A stretch of 48,262 bases of DNA, taken from the sequence record DRR723986_5340. The stretch is one strand, 5' to 3'. A program made the translations under genes and the position numbers. Below are positions 20,223 to 30,887 of the stretch, piece after piece (position 1 is the first letter of the stretch; the number at the start of each line of letters is the position of its first letter). The notes beneath the pieces are model-generated. The model did not search any database, was not told the DNA's origin, and worked only from the letters and a program-made list of their open reading frames with translations.

Positions 20223-21100
20223 TGCGCCGCCTGCTTGTCGTACTCAGCCTGCTGCTCGCGCACATAGCCAGTGCCAGTAGTGAGCGCTGCGTTGACGATG
20301 ACCGCAACGTAAAGGTTTGCCTGGATGCTCCGGCTACACGCATTATCGCCCTGTCACCCGGTGCGACGGAGCTGCTCTATGCCGCAGGCGCGGGCGATAA
20401 ATTAATCGCCGCCGTCAGCTTTAGTGACTACCCTGATGAAGCGAAAGCCCTGCCGAGAGTGGGCAGCTACAACCGTTTTGATCTCGAAGCGATTCTCAGC
20501 TTAAAACCTGATCTGCTAATCGGCTGGCACAGTGGCAACCCGACAGAGCAACTGGCGCAACTCGAAGCACTGGGGCTTAAGGTGTATTACAGCGAGCTGC
20601 GCGGCTTTGACGATGTTAGTCGCACCCTGCGCCGTTTTGGCGAGCTGGCCGGCAGCGAGCCCGCAGCAGATGCCGCCGCCGAGCATTTTGACCAAGGCAT
20701 ATCCGCCTTACGCGAGCAGTACCAGAACGCTGAGAGCGTTCGCGTTTTTCAGCAAATTTGGGTTAACCCCTTAATGACGGTTAACGACCAACACCTCATT
20801 AGCGAAGCGACACGCCTGTGCGGCGGCATAAACGTCTTTGGCAACCTGCCGCGCTTGGCTGCTCGCATCGACCACGAGGCCGTGTTAGCCGCCAACCCCG
20901 AAGCCATTATCGCCGGCGGCATGGGAGAAGAAAATCGCAGCTGGCTGGACGACTGGCGCCCCTACTCAGGCCTGCTGGCCGTGCAGAGAGATAATCTGTT
21001 CTTTATTCCACCCTCTACTCTGCAACGGCCAACACCAAGACTCCTCAGCGGCACCCGAATGCTGTGCCAGCACCTGGACACCGCACGTGGCCGCCGCTAG
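20222..21100 (+). CDS. btuF: Periplasmic cobalamin-binding protein
   Basis: RIIALSPGATELLYA, SDYP and LQRPTPR. ATG overlaps the cobO TGA. Confidence 0.9.
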   Translation: MRRLLVVLSLLLAHIASASSERCVDDDRNVKVCLDAPATRIIALSPGATELLYAAGAGDKLIAAVSFSDYPDEAKALPRVGSYNRFDLEAILSLKPDLLIGWHSGNPTEQLAQLEALGLKVYYSELRGFDDVSRTLRRFGELAGSEPAADAAAEHFDQGISALREQYQNAESVRVFQQIWVNPLMTVNDQHLISEATRLCGGINVFGNLPRLAARIDHEAVLAANPEAIIAGGMGEENRSWLDDWRPYSGLLAVQRDNLFFIPPSTLQRPTPRLLSGTRMLCQHLDTARGRR

Positions 21101-22079
21101 CTATCACACCCCGCGTCTGCTACCCGCACTCGCCCTACTCAGCCTCGGCGCGCTGTTGGCCGTTGCGCTTAGTGTAAGCACTGGGAGTGTCGCCATTAGC
21201 ACCGCGGAGCTGTGGGCGGTGCTGCAAGGAGAGGGAGAACCCCTGCATCACACCCTGATATTCGACCTGCGATTACCGCGCAGCCTCGCTGCCTTTGCCA
21301 CCGGCGGGCTACTGGCCGTGGCGGGCGCACTTATGCAAGTGCTGCTGCGCAACCCGCTGGCGGACCCCTATGTGCTCGGCCTTTCCGGAGGCGCGGCGGT
21401 GGGCGCCCTTAGCGCCATGCTGCTTGGTCTGGGCAGTGCGGCGGTTTCAGGCTCGGCATTCATCGGCGCCATTGTATCGGCGATCACGGTATTCGGCTTA
21501 GCCCACGGCACCGGCAGCTGGACACCCACACGCTTACTGCTTACCGGTGTGGTTATTGCGGCGGGATGGGGAGCCGTGGTCACCTTTATGCTTGCCATTG
21601 CCCCCACCGAAAGCCTGCCCGGCATGCTGTTCTGGCTGATGGGGGATCTCGCCTATGCTCGCAGCCCCTGGCCAGCGCTGACGACTCTGCTCGCTCTGTC
21701 TCTGCTTCTGCTGCCACTCGGGCGCAGCCTCAATGCAATGGCCCGCGGCCCGCTGCAAGCAGCGGCGCTGGGCGTTGCCGTTAAGCCCATGGAGTGGAGT
21801 ATTTATATTGCCGCCAGCCTACTCACCGCATTGGCGGTCACCACCGCCGGCAGCATCGGCTTTGTTGGCTTGGTCGTGCCACATATGTTGCGGCTGATAT
21901 TGGGGAATGACCAGCGGCTGATTCTCCCCGCCTGCGCCTTGGCAGGCGGTGCACTGCTCACCTTGGCAGATACGCTGGCCAGAACCATCATCGCACCGGA
22001 GCAATTGCCCGTTGGCGTTATCACCGCCCTGCTCGGCGTTCCCACCTTCTTGCTACTGTTATACCGGAGCCGATTGTGA
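21087..22079 (+). CDS. btuC: Cobalamin ABC permease (FecCD/BtuC family)
   Basis: LRLPR, RNPLADPYVLGLSGGA, GSIGFVGLVVPH and LPVGVITALLG. Confidence 0.9.
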   Translation: MAAASYHTPRLLPALALLSLGALLAVALSVSTGSVAISTAELWAVLQGEGEPLHHTLIFDLRLPRSLAAFATGGLLAVAGALMQVLLRNPLADPYVLGLSGGAAVGALSAMLLGLGSAAVSGSAFIGAIVSAITVFGLAHGTGSWTPTRLLLTGVVIAAGWGAVVTFMLAIAPTESLPGMLFWLMGDLAYARSPWPALTTLLALSLLLLPLGRSLNAMARGPLQAAALGVAVKPMEWSIYIAASLLTALAVTTAGSIGFVGLVVPHMLRLILGNDQRLILPACALAGGALLTLADTLARTIIAPEQLPVGVITALLGVPTFLLLLYRSRL

Positions 22080-22873
22080 GCGAGGTCTTGTTACAAGCCG
22101 CCCAGCTTTGCATTGATGTGCCGGGTCGCAGCGATGGCAGCGAGCTTAACTTTGCGATTCAGCGCGGCGAAGTTTGGGGCGTTCTCGGCCCCAACGGCGC
22201 GGGTAAAACCACCCTACTCCATACCCTGGCCGGACTGCGCAAACCTCGTAAAGGTACGGTATATCTCGCAGGTTCGGCCATTCAACGGCTGCGCCGGCGG
22301 CAAATCGCCCAGCAAATGGCGGTTGTCTTTCAGGAGCGCTCGGACAGCTTCCCGGCAACGGTGATGGAATCGGTGATGATCGGCCGCCACCCCTTCTTAA
22401 GCGCCTGGGATATGGAGTCTGCCGAGGACCTTGAGATCGCTCGCGCCGCACTGGCGCGAATGGAGTTAAGTGGCATGGAGCAGCGCCTGGTGAGCAGCCT
22501 TTCCGGCGGCGAAAAACAGCGCCTGGCCATTGCCACCGCCATGACTCAGCAAGCGGATATTTGGCTGGCCGACGAGCCCGGTAATCACTTGGACCTTCAC
22601 CACCAAGTCGCCGTTATGTCGATGATGCGCGAACAGGCCGCACAGGGAAATGCCGTTCTGCTTTGCCTGCACGACATCAACCTGGCAGCGCGGTACTGCG
22701 ATCAGCTACTTCTGCTCTACCCCGACGGCAATGCCTGCTGGGGAGACGCCTCGATCATGCTGCAAGCCCCCGCCCTGGAAAAACTGTATCGGCAACCACT
22801 TACCGTACTCGAAGACCAAGGCCAGCGCGTTTTTATTCCCCGCACTCAGCGACATACCGGCAATGAAAACTGA
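22076..22873 (+). CDS. btuD: Cobalamin ABC transporter ATP-binding subunit
   Basis: Walker A GPNGAGKT, signature LSGGE, DEP..HLD and HDINLA. Confidence 0.88.
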   Translation: MSEVLLQAAQLCIDVPGRSDGSELNFAIQRGEVWGVLGPNGAGKTTLLHTLAGLRKPRKGTVYLAGSAIQRLRRRQIAQQMAVVFQERSDSFPATVMESVMIGRHPFLSAWDMESAEDLEIARAALARMELSGMEQRLVSSLSGGEKQRLAIATAMTQQADIWLADEPGNHLDLHHQVAVMSMMREQAAQGNAVLLCLHDINLAARYCDQLLLLYPDGNACWGDASIMLQAPALEKLYRQPLTVLEDQGQRVFIPRTQRHTGNEN

Positions 22874-23525
22874 CTTTAGCCGCGACGATATCGACGCCAT
22901 CTATCGCGTGATTGCCGCGCGGCGGGATATGCGTCACTTCTCCGGTGGCGAGATTGACGACACCACCCTAACACGCCTACTTAGCGCCGCACACCAAGCG
23001 CCCAGCGTCGGCTACATGCAACCCTGGCGATTTATCCGCATCCGCAAGCCACGGCTCCGGGAACAACTCTATGACTTGGTGCAGCAGGAGATCACTACCT
23101 CAGCCGAGGCGCTGGAAGAACGCGGTAGTGAGTTTTTACAGCTAAAGGTAGAAGGTATACGCGAGTGCGCCGAACTCATTGTGGTGGCACTGTGCGACCA
23201 GCGAGAGCGCTACCTGTTCGGCCGCCGCACGCTGCCGGAAATGGACCTGGCGTCCGCCGCCTGCGCCATACAAAACCTTTGGCTGGCTGCACGCGCCGAA
23301 AACTTAGGGATGGGCTGGGTATCGCTATTTGAGCCAGAACCCTTGAAGGCACTGCTAAAAATGCCGGACGGTAGCCACCCCATTGCCCTGCTGTGTCTGG
23401 GACCCGTAGAGGAATTTTACGACCGCCCAATGCTGGAGACGGCGCAGTGGGATCAACGCCGCCCCCTCCACACACTCATTATGGAGGATGGCTGGCAAAC
23501 CGAGAACGAGGCAGACGATGACTAA
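22863..23525 (+). CDS. bluB: 5,6-dimethylbenzimidazole synthase
   Basis: ATG at 22863. [17 protein letters not shown] and [20 protein letters not shown]. Confidence 0.93.
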   Translation: MKTDFSRDDIDAIYRVIAARRDMRHFSGGEIDDTTLTRLLSAAHQAPSVGYMQPWRFIRIRKPRLREQLYDLVQQEITTSAEALEERGSEFLQLKVEGIRECAELIVVALCDQRERYLFGRRTLPEMDLASAACAIQNLWLAARAENLGMGWVSLFEPEPLKALLKMPDGSHPIALLCLGPVEEFYDRPMLETAQWDQRRPLHTLIMEDGWQTENEADDD

Positions 23526-24990
23526 TACGCTAATGGTTCAGGGCACCACCTCCGATGCCGGTAAAAGCGTTCTCGTCGCCGCACTGTGTCGCGCCCTGCA
23601 CCGCCAGGGGTTACATGTCGCGCCGTTCAAGCCACAGAATATGGCGCTTAACAGCGCCGTCACCCCCGATGGTAAGGAAATCGGCCGCGCCCAGGCCGTG
23701 CAGGCGCGGGCTTGCGGATTAGCCCCCCACAGCGATATGAACCCGGTTCTGCTTAAACCCAATAGTGACACCGGCGCACAAGTGATAATTCATGGGCAGG
23801 CCCTGCGCAATATGGAGGCGCAGGACTACCACGGCTATAAAGCGACTGCGCGAAAGGCGGTATTGGCGTCCCACCAGCGCCTTTCTCAACAATACGACTG
23901 GGTTGTGGTGGAGGGCGCCGGCAGCCCCGCTGAAATCAATCTTCGCGCGAACGATATTGCCAACATGGGGTTTGCAGAAGCGGTTGACTGCCCGGTGATC
24001 CTTATTGCAGATATCGATCGCGGTGGCGTTTTCGCGCATTTGGTGGGCACGCTGGAGTTGTTGTCAGAAAGCGAACAAGCGCGGGTTGTTGGATTCGTCA
24101 TCAACCGTTTTCGCGGCGATATTGCCCTGCTGCAATCCGGGTTGGACTGGTTGGAAGCGCGCACCGGCAAGCCGGTATTAGGTGTACTGCCCTATTTACA
24201 CGACCTGCACCTGGAAGCCGAGGATGCCATTGATACCCAGCAAATTCGCGAGGATATCAGTTTGCGGGTGGCGGTACCGGTATTGCCCCGCACCAGTAAT
24301 CACACCGACTTCGACGCCCTTCGCCTGCACCCCAATGTTGACCTTTGCTTCGTGCGCAAAGGCGAGGTACTGCCGCCTTGCGAATTGCTCATCCTGCCCG
24401 GCAGCAAAAGCGTGCGCGCTGACTTACAACAGCTGCGCGACAATGGCTGGGCCGATCAGCTCAAACGTCATTTGCGTTACGGTGGCAAAGTGTTGGGGAT
24501 TTGCGGCGGCTTTCAAATGCTGGGCCGTGAACTGCACGATCCGCTGGGTATTGAAGGCCCAGCCGGTAGCAGTGAGGGCTTAGGCCTTCTTGATATCACC
24601 ACCACACTGGCCAGCGAGAAAACCCTGCGCCAAGTCAGCGGGCACTGCCATCTAAACGGTAAAACGACCTCAATCCGCGGTTATGAAATTCACGCCGGGG
24701 TCAGTGAGGGCGCCGGCCTCGAGCGCCATTTTGCCGATTTGGGAAGCCACCTTGACGGCGCCATTAGCGACGACGGACAAGTACTGGGCAGCTATATCCA
24801 CGGTTTGTTCGACGATGACCACGCTCGGCAACAGCTGCTCACCTGGGCTGGTGCCACCGAGCAGGCTGCCTACAATTACGACGCGGTCATAGAAACGAAT
24901 CTAGACCGCATTGCCGACAGCGTGGAGCAGCACATCGATCTCGATAAACTGCTCCATGCCTGCTCACTAGAATTCAGACAGTCCCGCTAA
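23518..24990 (+). CDS. cobQ: Cobyric acid synthase
   Basis: [33 protein letters not shown] and [10 protein letters not shown]. Confidence 0.97.
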   Translation: MTNTLMVQGTTSDAGKSVLVAALCRALHRQGLHVAPFKPQNMALNSAVTPDGKEIGRAQAVQARACGLAPHSDMNPVLLKPNSDTGAQVIIHGQALRNMEAQDYHGYKATARKAVLASHQRLSQQYDWVVVEGAGSPAEINLRANDIANMGFAEAVDCPVILIADIDRGGVFAHLVGTLELLSESEQARVVGFVINRFRGDIALLQSGLDWLEARTGKPVLGVLPYLHDLHLEAEDAIDTQQIREDISLRVAVPVLPRTSNHTDFDALRLHPNVDLCFVRKGEVLPPCELLILPGSKSVRADLQQLRDNGWADQLKRHLRYGGKVLGICGGFQMLGRELHDPLGIEGPAGSSEGLGLLDITTTLASEKTLRQVSGHCHLNGKTTSIRGYEIHAGVSEGAGLERHFADLGSHLDGAISDDGQVLGSYIHGLFDDDHARQQLLTWAGATEQAAYNYDAVIETNLDRIADSVEQHIDLDKLLHACSLEFRQSR

Positions 24991-26997
24991 GGCATCAAAC
25001 AGCGGCCGCAACAGCAGCTGATCCAGGGCGCCGATCAGCGGATCCAACTGAGACAGCAGCAAGTTATCAATATGGAAGCCCAATTCTCGGGTGACGGCCA
25101 GCAAAGCGCTGCTCAGGAAGGCTGGCCCCAAACCGATGGCCTGAGTCACTTCAGCCGGCGCAAACTGCTCAATGGGGATCACACCCACGAGAATATTATT
25201 CAACAGGTCTTCCACGGTAGAAGACAGCACTTGCCCAAGCTCGCTAACGCTGACATTGCCGATGGCGTCGATGCTGCGGCCCACGTCCAGCAATAGCTCG
25301 GACAGCAGGGCAAAGCTACCACCCACCACTGGGACGATACCGGCCTCTTCTTCAATGGCATCGACAATGCCCTGAATATTGCCAGCCAGGCCCCGCAGCG
25401 GGTCAGTCAAACTGCGCAGGTCCGCGGGCTGCTGCTCACCATCTTGGTTGTTGGCGGCTTTGAAAGCATCCAGTGCTGGCGCTAACTGATCAAACGGTGC
25501 GGGTAAATCATCGCGGTCGGCAATGGCTTGCAACTGCTGCAATGAGTACAGCAATGCCTGGGACGCCCTGGCAGACCCCGCCAGTATCAATTCCGGGTTT
25601 TGCTCTGTCGCAGCGGCTTGGGCGCCACTTGCCAGCGCGTCCACGACTTCAATCAAGCCTTCCGTCGCAGCGCCCAGCGAGGCGATGACTGCCGCCAGAT
25701 TCTCTTCTGGTACGGCTGCAGACAAACCATCAAAACCAGCGCGCAATTGCTCCTGCACAGGGTCGAGATTGCCCTGCTCCGACGACACATCAAAGCTCGG
25801 ATCGCCCTGCAAGGGGTTGCTAAAGGCATCGCTTGCCGCCAGTCCCTGTGAGGGCTGTTGCGGTGTTTGACGGCCATAAGCCGGCTGGGGGTCGGAGAGC
25901 GAGCCCAGTCCTAAAGCAGGGTCATTGGGATCAACCTCATAGGCCTCACCACGCATGCGGTCACCTTTGATTTCTACCCAGAAAAACCCGTAGCTGTCGC
26001 CGCGCTCGTAGAACACGGGATTTTCGTCGCGCCGCACCAGGCTGCGGGTTTTACTTCCCGCGCCAGATAGAATGAACTCCGTCTTTCCACACGATGGCGT
26101 CGGCATTAGCCACTGCAGGTCGTGGTCGTGGCCCGCAAAGAAAAAGTCGGCACGGTCACACATGGTTTCTTCTAAGAAGGCCTTGTAGCGCTCGCCCGCG
26201 AGAACCGGCAGCAAGAAGCCGGGGACGCCGTCATAATTACCGGCATTGCCGTGGCTGCCATTGGAAATATAGGGGTGGTGAGCAAACACCATTTTCCATT
26301 TGGCCTGACTGGCATCGATTGACGCTTTCAACCAACGCGCCTGCGCCAGACCGTAACTGTTGTAGGCGTAATTTTCATCGCTATCGGGGAAACCGCCAGC
26401 CACCTGGCTGGAGTCAATGGCGAAGAACTCCACCAAGGGCTGGCCATTTTCCTGCTGCCCCTGAGTAAAACGGTAGTAGCGATCAGGCATCTTCCAGCGG
26501 TCACTGGCACGGGGCGCATCGGGGTGTTCGCTGTCGCGATAATGGTAATCTACCTGGAAATCACCGTTGGCATTTCCCGCACCATCGCCACCGAAAAATT
26601 CGGTGTTGTCGTGGTTACCCAAAACAAAATAGAACGGCAGATCAACGGGGGCAAAAGGCTGTTCAAACTTTTCTTCGAACTGGCTATCCATCACCGAGCT
26701 CACCCCGGACTCATAGATATTATCGCCCAATCCAAGGACAAGGTCGCACCCGCGAGCCGCGCAGACTTTTTCAATCGCCTGCCCGACTGCATAGGCACCA
26801 TCGCTGCCGCTGCCGCTGTCACCCAGCAAAATAAAGCGCAGGGTGTCGGCGTTGCCATCAACGGGTTGCTCAACGCCGTTATCAACACCAGGCGTCGAAA
26901 CGCTATTACTGCTTGATGAGGAACCACCGCAGGCACTCAAGGCCACCGCTGCGCCAAATACCAGAGCGCAACCCAGTGCGTTGTACAAATGAGACAT
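24967..26997 (-). CDS. Purple acid phosphatase-type metallophosphoesterase lipoprotein with an extra C-terminal helical domain
   Basis: Lipobox LSAC. Motifs GDSG, GDNIY, GNHD, AHHP and GHDH. About 290 aa Leu/Ala-rich tail. Confidence 0.82.
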   Translation of the reverse strand: MSHLYNALGCALVFGAAVALSACGGSSSSSNSVSTPGVDNGVEQPVDGNADTLRFILLGDSGSGSDGAYAVGQAIEKVCAARGCDLVLGLGDNIYESGVSSVMDSQFEEKFEQPFAPVDLPFYFVLGNHDNTEFFGGDGAGNANGDFQVDYHYRDSEHPDAPRASDRWKMPDRYYRFTQGQQENGQPLVEFFAIDSSQVAGGFPDSDENYAYNSYGLAQARWLKASIDASQAKWKMVFAHHPYISNGSHGNAGNYDGVPGFLLPVLAGERYKAFLEETMCDRADFFFAGHDHDLQWLMPTPSCGKTEFILSGAGSKTRSLVRRDENPVFYERGDSYGFFWVEIKGDRMRGEAYEVDPNDPALGLGSLSDPQPAYGRQTPQQPSQGLAASDAFSNPLQGDPSFDVSSEQGNLDPVQEQLRAGFDGLSAAVPEENLAAVIASLGAATEGLIEVVDALASGAQAAATEQNPELILAGSARASQALLYSLQQLQAIADRDDLPAPFDQLAPALDAFKAANNQDGEQQPADLRSLTDPLRGLAGNIQGIVDAIEEEAGIVPVVGGSFALLSELLLDVGRSIDAIGNVSVSELGQVLSSTVEDLLNNILVGVIPIEQFAPAEVTQAIGLGPAFLSSALLAVTRELGFHIDNLLLSQLDPLIGALDQLLLRPLFDALAGLSEF

Positions 26998-27026
26998 TTA
27001 TCTACTTCCTTTTCTGTTACAGCGGC

Positions 27027-28664
27027 TTAGCTACGCGGACGGCTCACTGGGGTGTCTTCGACTAAGCGGCTGCTGCCGGCATTCACAGACAATGTTTTAA
27101 CCTTGTCCATTTCCACCCCGGACTGGTCAGCGCGACTGATATCAGCAGCGTAGTAATACTCCGCCTGTGTGCGTTCGCGAGTGACGTCCATCAAGATGAA
27201 ACCCTTGTTTTTCAGGTCGGTATATTTCATGTGCGGGTTCGCCACGGGCAGCACTGCCGATACCAACTCGGCGGCGCCGTCTGGGAAGCCGGGCGAGGTA
27301 ATGCTGCTGGTCACGAACTCGACGGCCAAGGGCTCATCCAATACACCGCTGGTCAAGATCGCACTGCTTTTATACACCTCATTCGCCCAACTGGTGTGGA
27401 TATCACCGGTTAGAATTACAGTGTTTTGAATACCTTGCTCGTCGATGAAATCGAGTATCTCTTCGCGCTCGGTGGGGTAGCCGTCCCATTGGTCCATATT
27501 GACGGCAATGAGCGGGCTGAAATCGTTAGTCGGGACACCTGGCAGCAGGCGTTGCAACTCAAGGATCTGCAGCTGCGCAAACATGACTTGCTGACCGACG
27601 AATTTCCATATCCCCTGAGACACCGCCAACTGATTTTTAAACCAGTCTTTTTGCGTTTGCCCCAGCAGGTCACGTTGCTCAATGCGCGCCGGATCAACCG
27701 GGTTATCGAGCTGCTTTTCCCGGCCTTCCAAACGGGTATCGAGCATGACAAAGTCAGCCAGATCGCCAAAGCGGAAGGCGCGGTAGATGCTGTCCTGACT
27801 TGCGGTTGGCGGACGGATCGGCAGCCATTCAAAATAGGCCTGAATCGCTAAGCGTTTACGCTCAAACCAATCACCTTCGCCCTCGTTGTGATTGTTCGCG
27901 CCATCTTTATAAGAATTGTCGGTGGTTTCATGGTCGTCCCATACCGTAACAAAGGAGTGAGTGGCATGAGCGGCCTGAAGGTCGACGTCGCGACGGTATA
28001 ACGCATAGCGGCGCCGGTAATCGTCCAGGCTGACAATTTCATGGGCCGGATCGAGCAGACGTTCTGGATGGTCGCCGTACTCATCTTGGCCATATTCGTA
28101 GATGTAGTCGCCCAGGTGCATGACAAAGTCGAGGTCGGCGCGGTTTGCCATCATGCGGTATACCGAGAAGTAACCGTGGGGATAGCTGCTACACGAGCAC
28201 ACGGCAAAGCGCAGGCGGTCAGTGTATTGACCGGGCAGGGGCAAGGTTCGCGCGCGGCCAACCGGAGAGCTGCTGTCGGCACCTTTAAACCGGTACCAGT
28301 AGCGTCGGTCAGCCAGTAGGCCGGCAGCGTCGAACTTTACTGTGTAGTCGCGATTGGCATTACTACTCAGGGTTTCTGAAAGCACAATGCGCTCGAAACC
28401 CGGATCTTCGGCGATTTCACACAGCACCGTAATATCGCCGGTATGGCCAAGCGCTGGCGTTGCTCGCGTCCATAAAATTACGCGGTCGTCCAAGGGGTCA
28501 CCACTGGCAACACCGTGTTCAAACCGCAGCCCCGCACTTGGCGTTACGCCGCCACCGGTACCACCGCCACCGCCGCTGTTATTGCTACCGCCCCCGCAGG
28601 CTGTCAGTATAGGTATGCCAATGCTGGCAGTAGTAAGCGCTTTGATAAATAGTCGGCGATCCAT
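27027..28664 (-). CDS. phoD: Alkaline phosphatase D (PhoD), Tat-exported lipoprotein
   Basis: DRRLFIK Tat motif plus LTAC lipobox. HGVASGDP, HLGDYIYE, WDDHE, DQWDGY and TGDIH motifs. Confidence 0.93.
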   Translation of the reverse strand: MDRRLFIKALTTASIGIPILTACGGGSNNSGGGGGTGGGVTPSAGLRFEHGVASGDPLDDRVILWTRATPALGHTGDITVLCEIAEDPGFERIVLSETLSSNANRDYTVKFDAAGLLADRRYWYRFKGADSSSPVGRARTLPLPGQYTDRLRFAVCSCSSYPHGYFSVYRMMANRADLDFVMHLGDYIYEYGQDEYGDHPERLLDPAHEIVSLDDYRRRYALYRRDVDLQAAHATHSFVTVWDDHETTDNSYKDGANNHNEGEGDWFERKRLAIQAYFEWLPIRPPTASQDSIYRAFRFGDLADFVMLDTRLEGREKQLDNPVDPARIEQRDLLGQTQKDWFKNQLAVSQGIWKFVGQQVMFAQLQILELQRLLPGVPTNDFSPLIAVNMDQWDGYPTEREEILDFIDEQGIQNTVILTGDIHTSWANEVYKSSAILTSGVLDEPLAVEFVTSSITSPGFPDGAAELVSAVLPVANPHMKYTDLKNKGFILMDVTRERTQAEYYYAADISRADQSGVEMDKVKTLSVNAGSSRLVEDTPVSRPRS

Positions 28665-28720
28665 AGTGTACTCGTTGTCATCAAACAGGGCGTGAAGCAT
28701 GCAAATCTCGCACGCAGAGG

Positions 28721-28754
28721 AGCCTACTGCCCAAAGATGACAGTTATGTTTCTA
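28721..28754 (-). promoter_or_regulatory. Putative PhoB Pho box plus -10 element of the phoD operon
   Basis: Minus strand tagaaac-ATAA-CTGTCAT, 10 nt, then TAGGCT. Confidence 0.55.
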
Positions 28755-28769
28755 ACGAGCTACCTATTT

Positions 28770-29213
28770 ATGTGTATTTTTCCCTTTGCATTACGCCGCA
28801 TTTTCGCAGTGTTCGCCGCAGCGATAGTGCTGGCTGCCTGCAGCCAAAAGCCCATCGCATTTACCGACTACACCGTGCAAGAACTGTTAAAGAAAAACAT
28901 CGCCGAATTGGCTGAGCCCGCATTTTTCGAGTTGGAAAGTGTCGAGGTATTGAATAAGAACGACGGCGGGGAGTCCGCTAGCGCTGACGTCTATGTGACG
29001 CTGCGCTTCCCTGAAGACTTCGACACTGTGGTCGGCATGCGAAAGCTCGCGCCTTTCAATATGGAATACAAACAGTACAAAAGCAGCTTTGGTAGTTTCA
29101 AAGCCGGGGAAACCCAGCGCCATCACGCCCGTTATCAATTTGTGCGCCGGGACGGCAAGTGGTTTATTGCAGGCAGTAAGGCGCTATCTGCTCCGAAAGT
29201 TGAACGCCCGTAA
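28770..29213 (+). CDS. Hypothetical lipoprotein
   Basis: Signal peptide with lipobox LAAC. Compact body ending FVRRDGKWFI. Start uncertain. Confidence 0.65.
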   Translation: MCIFPFALRRIFAVFAAAIVLAACSQKPIAFTDYTVQELLKKNIAELAEPAFFELESVEVLNKNDGGESASADVYVTLRFPEDFDTVVGMRKLAPFNMEYKQYKSSFGSFKAGETQRHHARYQFVRRDGKWFIAGSKALSAPKVERP

Positions 29214-29230
29214 TCCACACCACTGAAGGC

Positions 29231-29839
29231 CTAGCCGTGGCTATGCAACTGCACCCACGGCTCTCGACCATCTTGGTGGTAAATATGAAAGCGGCTAAAG
29301 CCGGCATAGGGCACCGATAGCCGCGTCATTGCGCCCATTGGCATACCCAACCAATGGCATATCATCACGCGGATAACCGCGCCGTGCACCACCAGCAATA
29401 CCGACTGCCCACTGTGCTGCTGGACAATGGCATCCAGTGCTCCTGTCACCCGCGCGCAAAAGTCACTCATCGCCTCGCCATTGGGCGGGCTGGCCGAATC
29501 CGGTGACTGCCAAAACTTGCGCCACACCTCTGGATCTCGCTGTTGGGCTTCACTGTGCGGCAGCCCCTCCCAGTCGCCAAAATGAATCTCGCGCAAGTTC
29601 TCGTCCACCGAGAGAGCGATGCCGCGTTTGCTAGAAAGCTCTTCAGCAAAACGCGCACAGCGTTGCAACGGCGAGGTGACAATATGATCCCAGTGAGGCT
29701 CGTCCACACTGGCGACTTTGTCACGCATTTGCGACCAGCCGGTTTCGCTCAAGGCAACATCGGTACTGCCGCGAAATATCTCGCCGCCCTCGCAGGCGCC
29801 GTGACGCAGCAGGTCAATGCGGCTGCTTGTTACCGTCAC
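29231..29839 (-). CDS. cobC: Alpha-ribazole phosphatase (histidine phosphatase)
   Basis: LLRHG, SPLQRC, EIHFGDWEG and VHGAVIR. Follows cobT. Confidence 0.85.
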   Translation of the reverse strand: MTVTSSRIDLLRHGACEGGEIFRGSTDVALSETGWSQMRDKVASVDEPHWDHIVTSPLQRCARFAEELSSKRGIALSVDENLREIHFGDWEGLPHSEAQQRDPEVWRKFWQSPDSASPPNGEAMSDFCARVTGALDAIVQQHSGQSVLLVVHGAVIRVMICHWLGMPMGAMTRLSVPYAGFSRFHIYHQDGREPWVQLHSHG

Positions 29840-30885
29840 GCGTCGCTACCTCGACTTACTCCGGCTTGCTCAAAGCTAGCCATATCGTTGTGCAGTCGAC
29901 AGGCCGCACGCAAAATTGGCAGAGCCAGTGCGGCACCGCTGCCCTCGCCCAAGCGCATATCCAGCTCTAGCAGCGGCTGCGCGTCCATTTTCGCTAACAG
30001 CCGCTTGTGGCCGGGCTCAGCCGAGCAGTGAGAAAAGAACAGCCACGGTCGAATAGTGGGGTTCACCTTCACGGCAGAAATTGCTGCCGCCGTGCAAATA
30101 TAGCCATCAACCAAAACAACGATGCCTTTCTGCGCGGCGCGAATATAGGCCCCCACCAAGGCGTTAATTTCTAATCCACCGATACGCCGCAAGGTTTCGA
30201 CGCCGTCTTTCATATGCGGCAAGTGCCGCGACATTGCTCGCGTGACCACCGCCGCTTTTTTGGCTAAGCCCTGCTCACTAATACCGGTACCGCGCCCCAC
30301 CATTGCCGTTGCCGACAGCCGCGTGTGCGCCACCGCAAGTGCCGCAGCAGAGGTACTGTTGGCAATGCCCATCTCACCGCCGAGGAAGATATCAATTTCC
30401 CCCGCCTCATCAATAATATCCCGGCCCACGGCAAAGGCCTCCAGGCACTGCTCACGATCCATCGCCTCGGTGACACACATATTTTGTGTTCCGGCAGCCA
30501 CGCGCCGATCAACCACATTGGGCAGGTCTTCAATCGCGTACACTGTTCCGGTGTTCACCACTTTAAACGACGCGCCGACGCTGTCGGCCAACACACTGAT
30601 TGCCGCGCCACCGCTGGCAAAATTACGCACCATCTCGGCGGTTACCGTTTGGGGATACGCCGACACGCCCTCGGCAGCGACGCCGTGATCAGCGGCAAAA
30701 ACTGCGATAAATGCCCGATCAAGCCTGGGAGTCAACGTGCGCTGAACCGCCGACAGTTGCACGGCAACATCTTCTAGTCGCCCCAGAGCGCCACGCGGCT
30801 TGGTCAAATTGTCTTGATGCTGCTGCGCAGCGGCGCGCATTTCCTCGTCCGGCTCTGGCGCCGCCTCTAAATACCACTCAGTCAC
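29836..30885 (-). CDS. cobT: Nicotinate-nucleotide--dimethylbenzimidazole phosphoribosyltransferase
   Basis: LTKPRGALGRLE, FAADHGV, GEMGIANST and MRLGEGSGA. Confidence 0.96.
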   Translation of the reverse strand: MTEWYLEAAPEPDEEMRAAAQQHQDNLTKPRGALGRLEDVAVQLSAVQRTLTPRLDRAFIAVFAADHGVAAEGVSAYPQTVTAEMVRNFASGGAAISVLADSVGASFKVVNTGTVYAIEDLPNVVDRRVAAGTQNMCVTEAMDREQCLEAFAVGRDIIDEAGEIDIFLGGEMGIANSTSAAALAVAHTRLSATAMVGRGTGISEQGLAKKAAVVTRAMSRHLPHMKDGVETLRRIGGLEINALVGAYIRAAQKGIVVLVDGYICTAAAISAVKVNPTIRPWLFFSHCSAEPGHKRLLAKMDAQPLLELDMRLGEGSGAALALPILRAACRLHNDMASFEQAGVSRGSDA

Positions 30886-30887
30886 GG

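Noticed and set aside
22650-22862. N-terminal extension of bluB (similar extensions on cobU, pilB, fxsA and phoD)
   Set aside because: These overlap upstream genes or promoter regions. Downstream starts fit the RBS and/or the family N-termini better.
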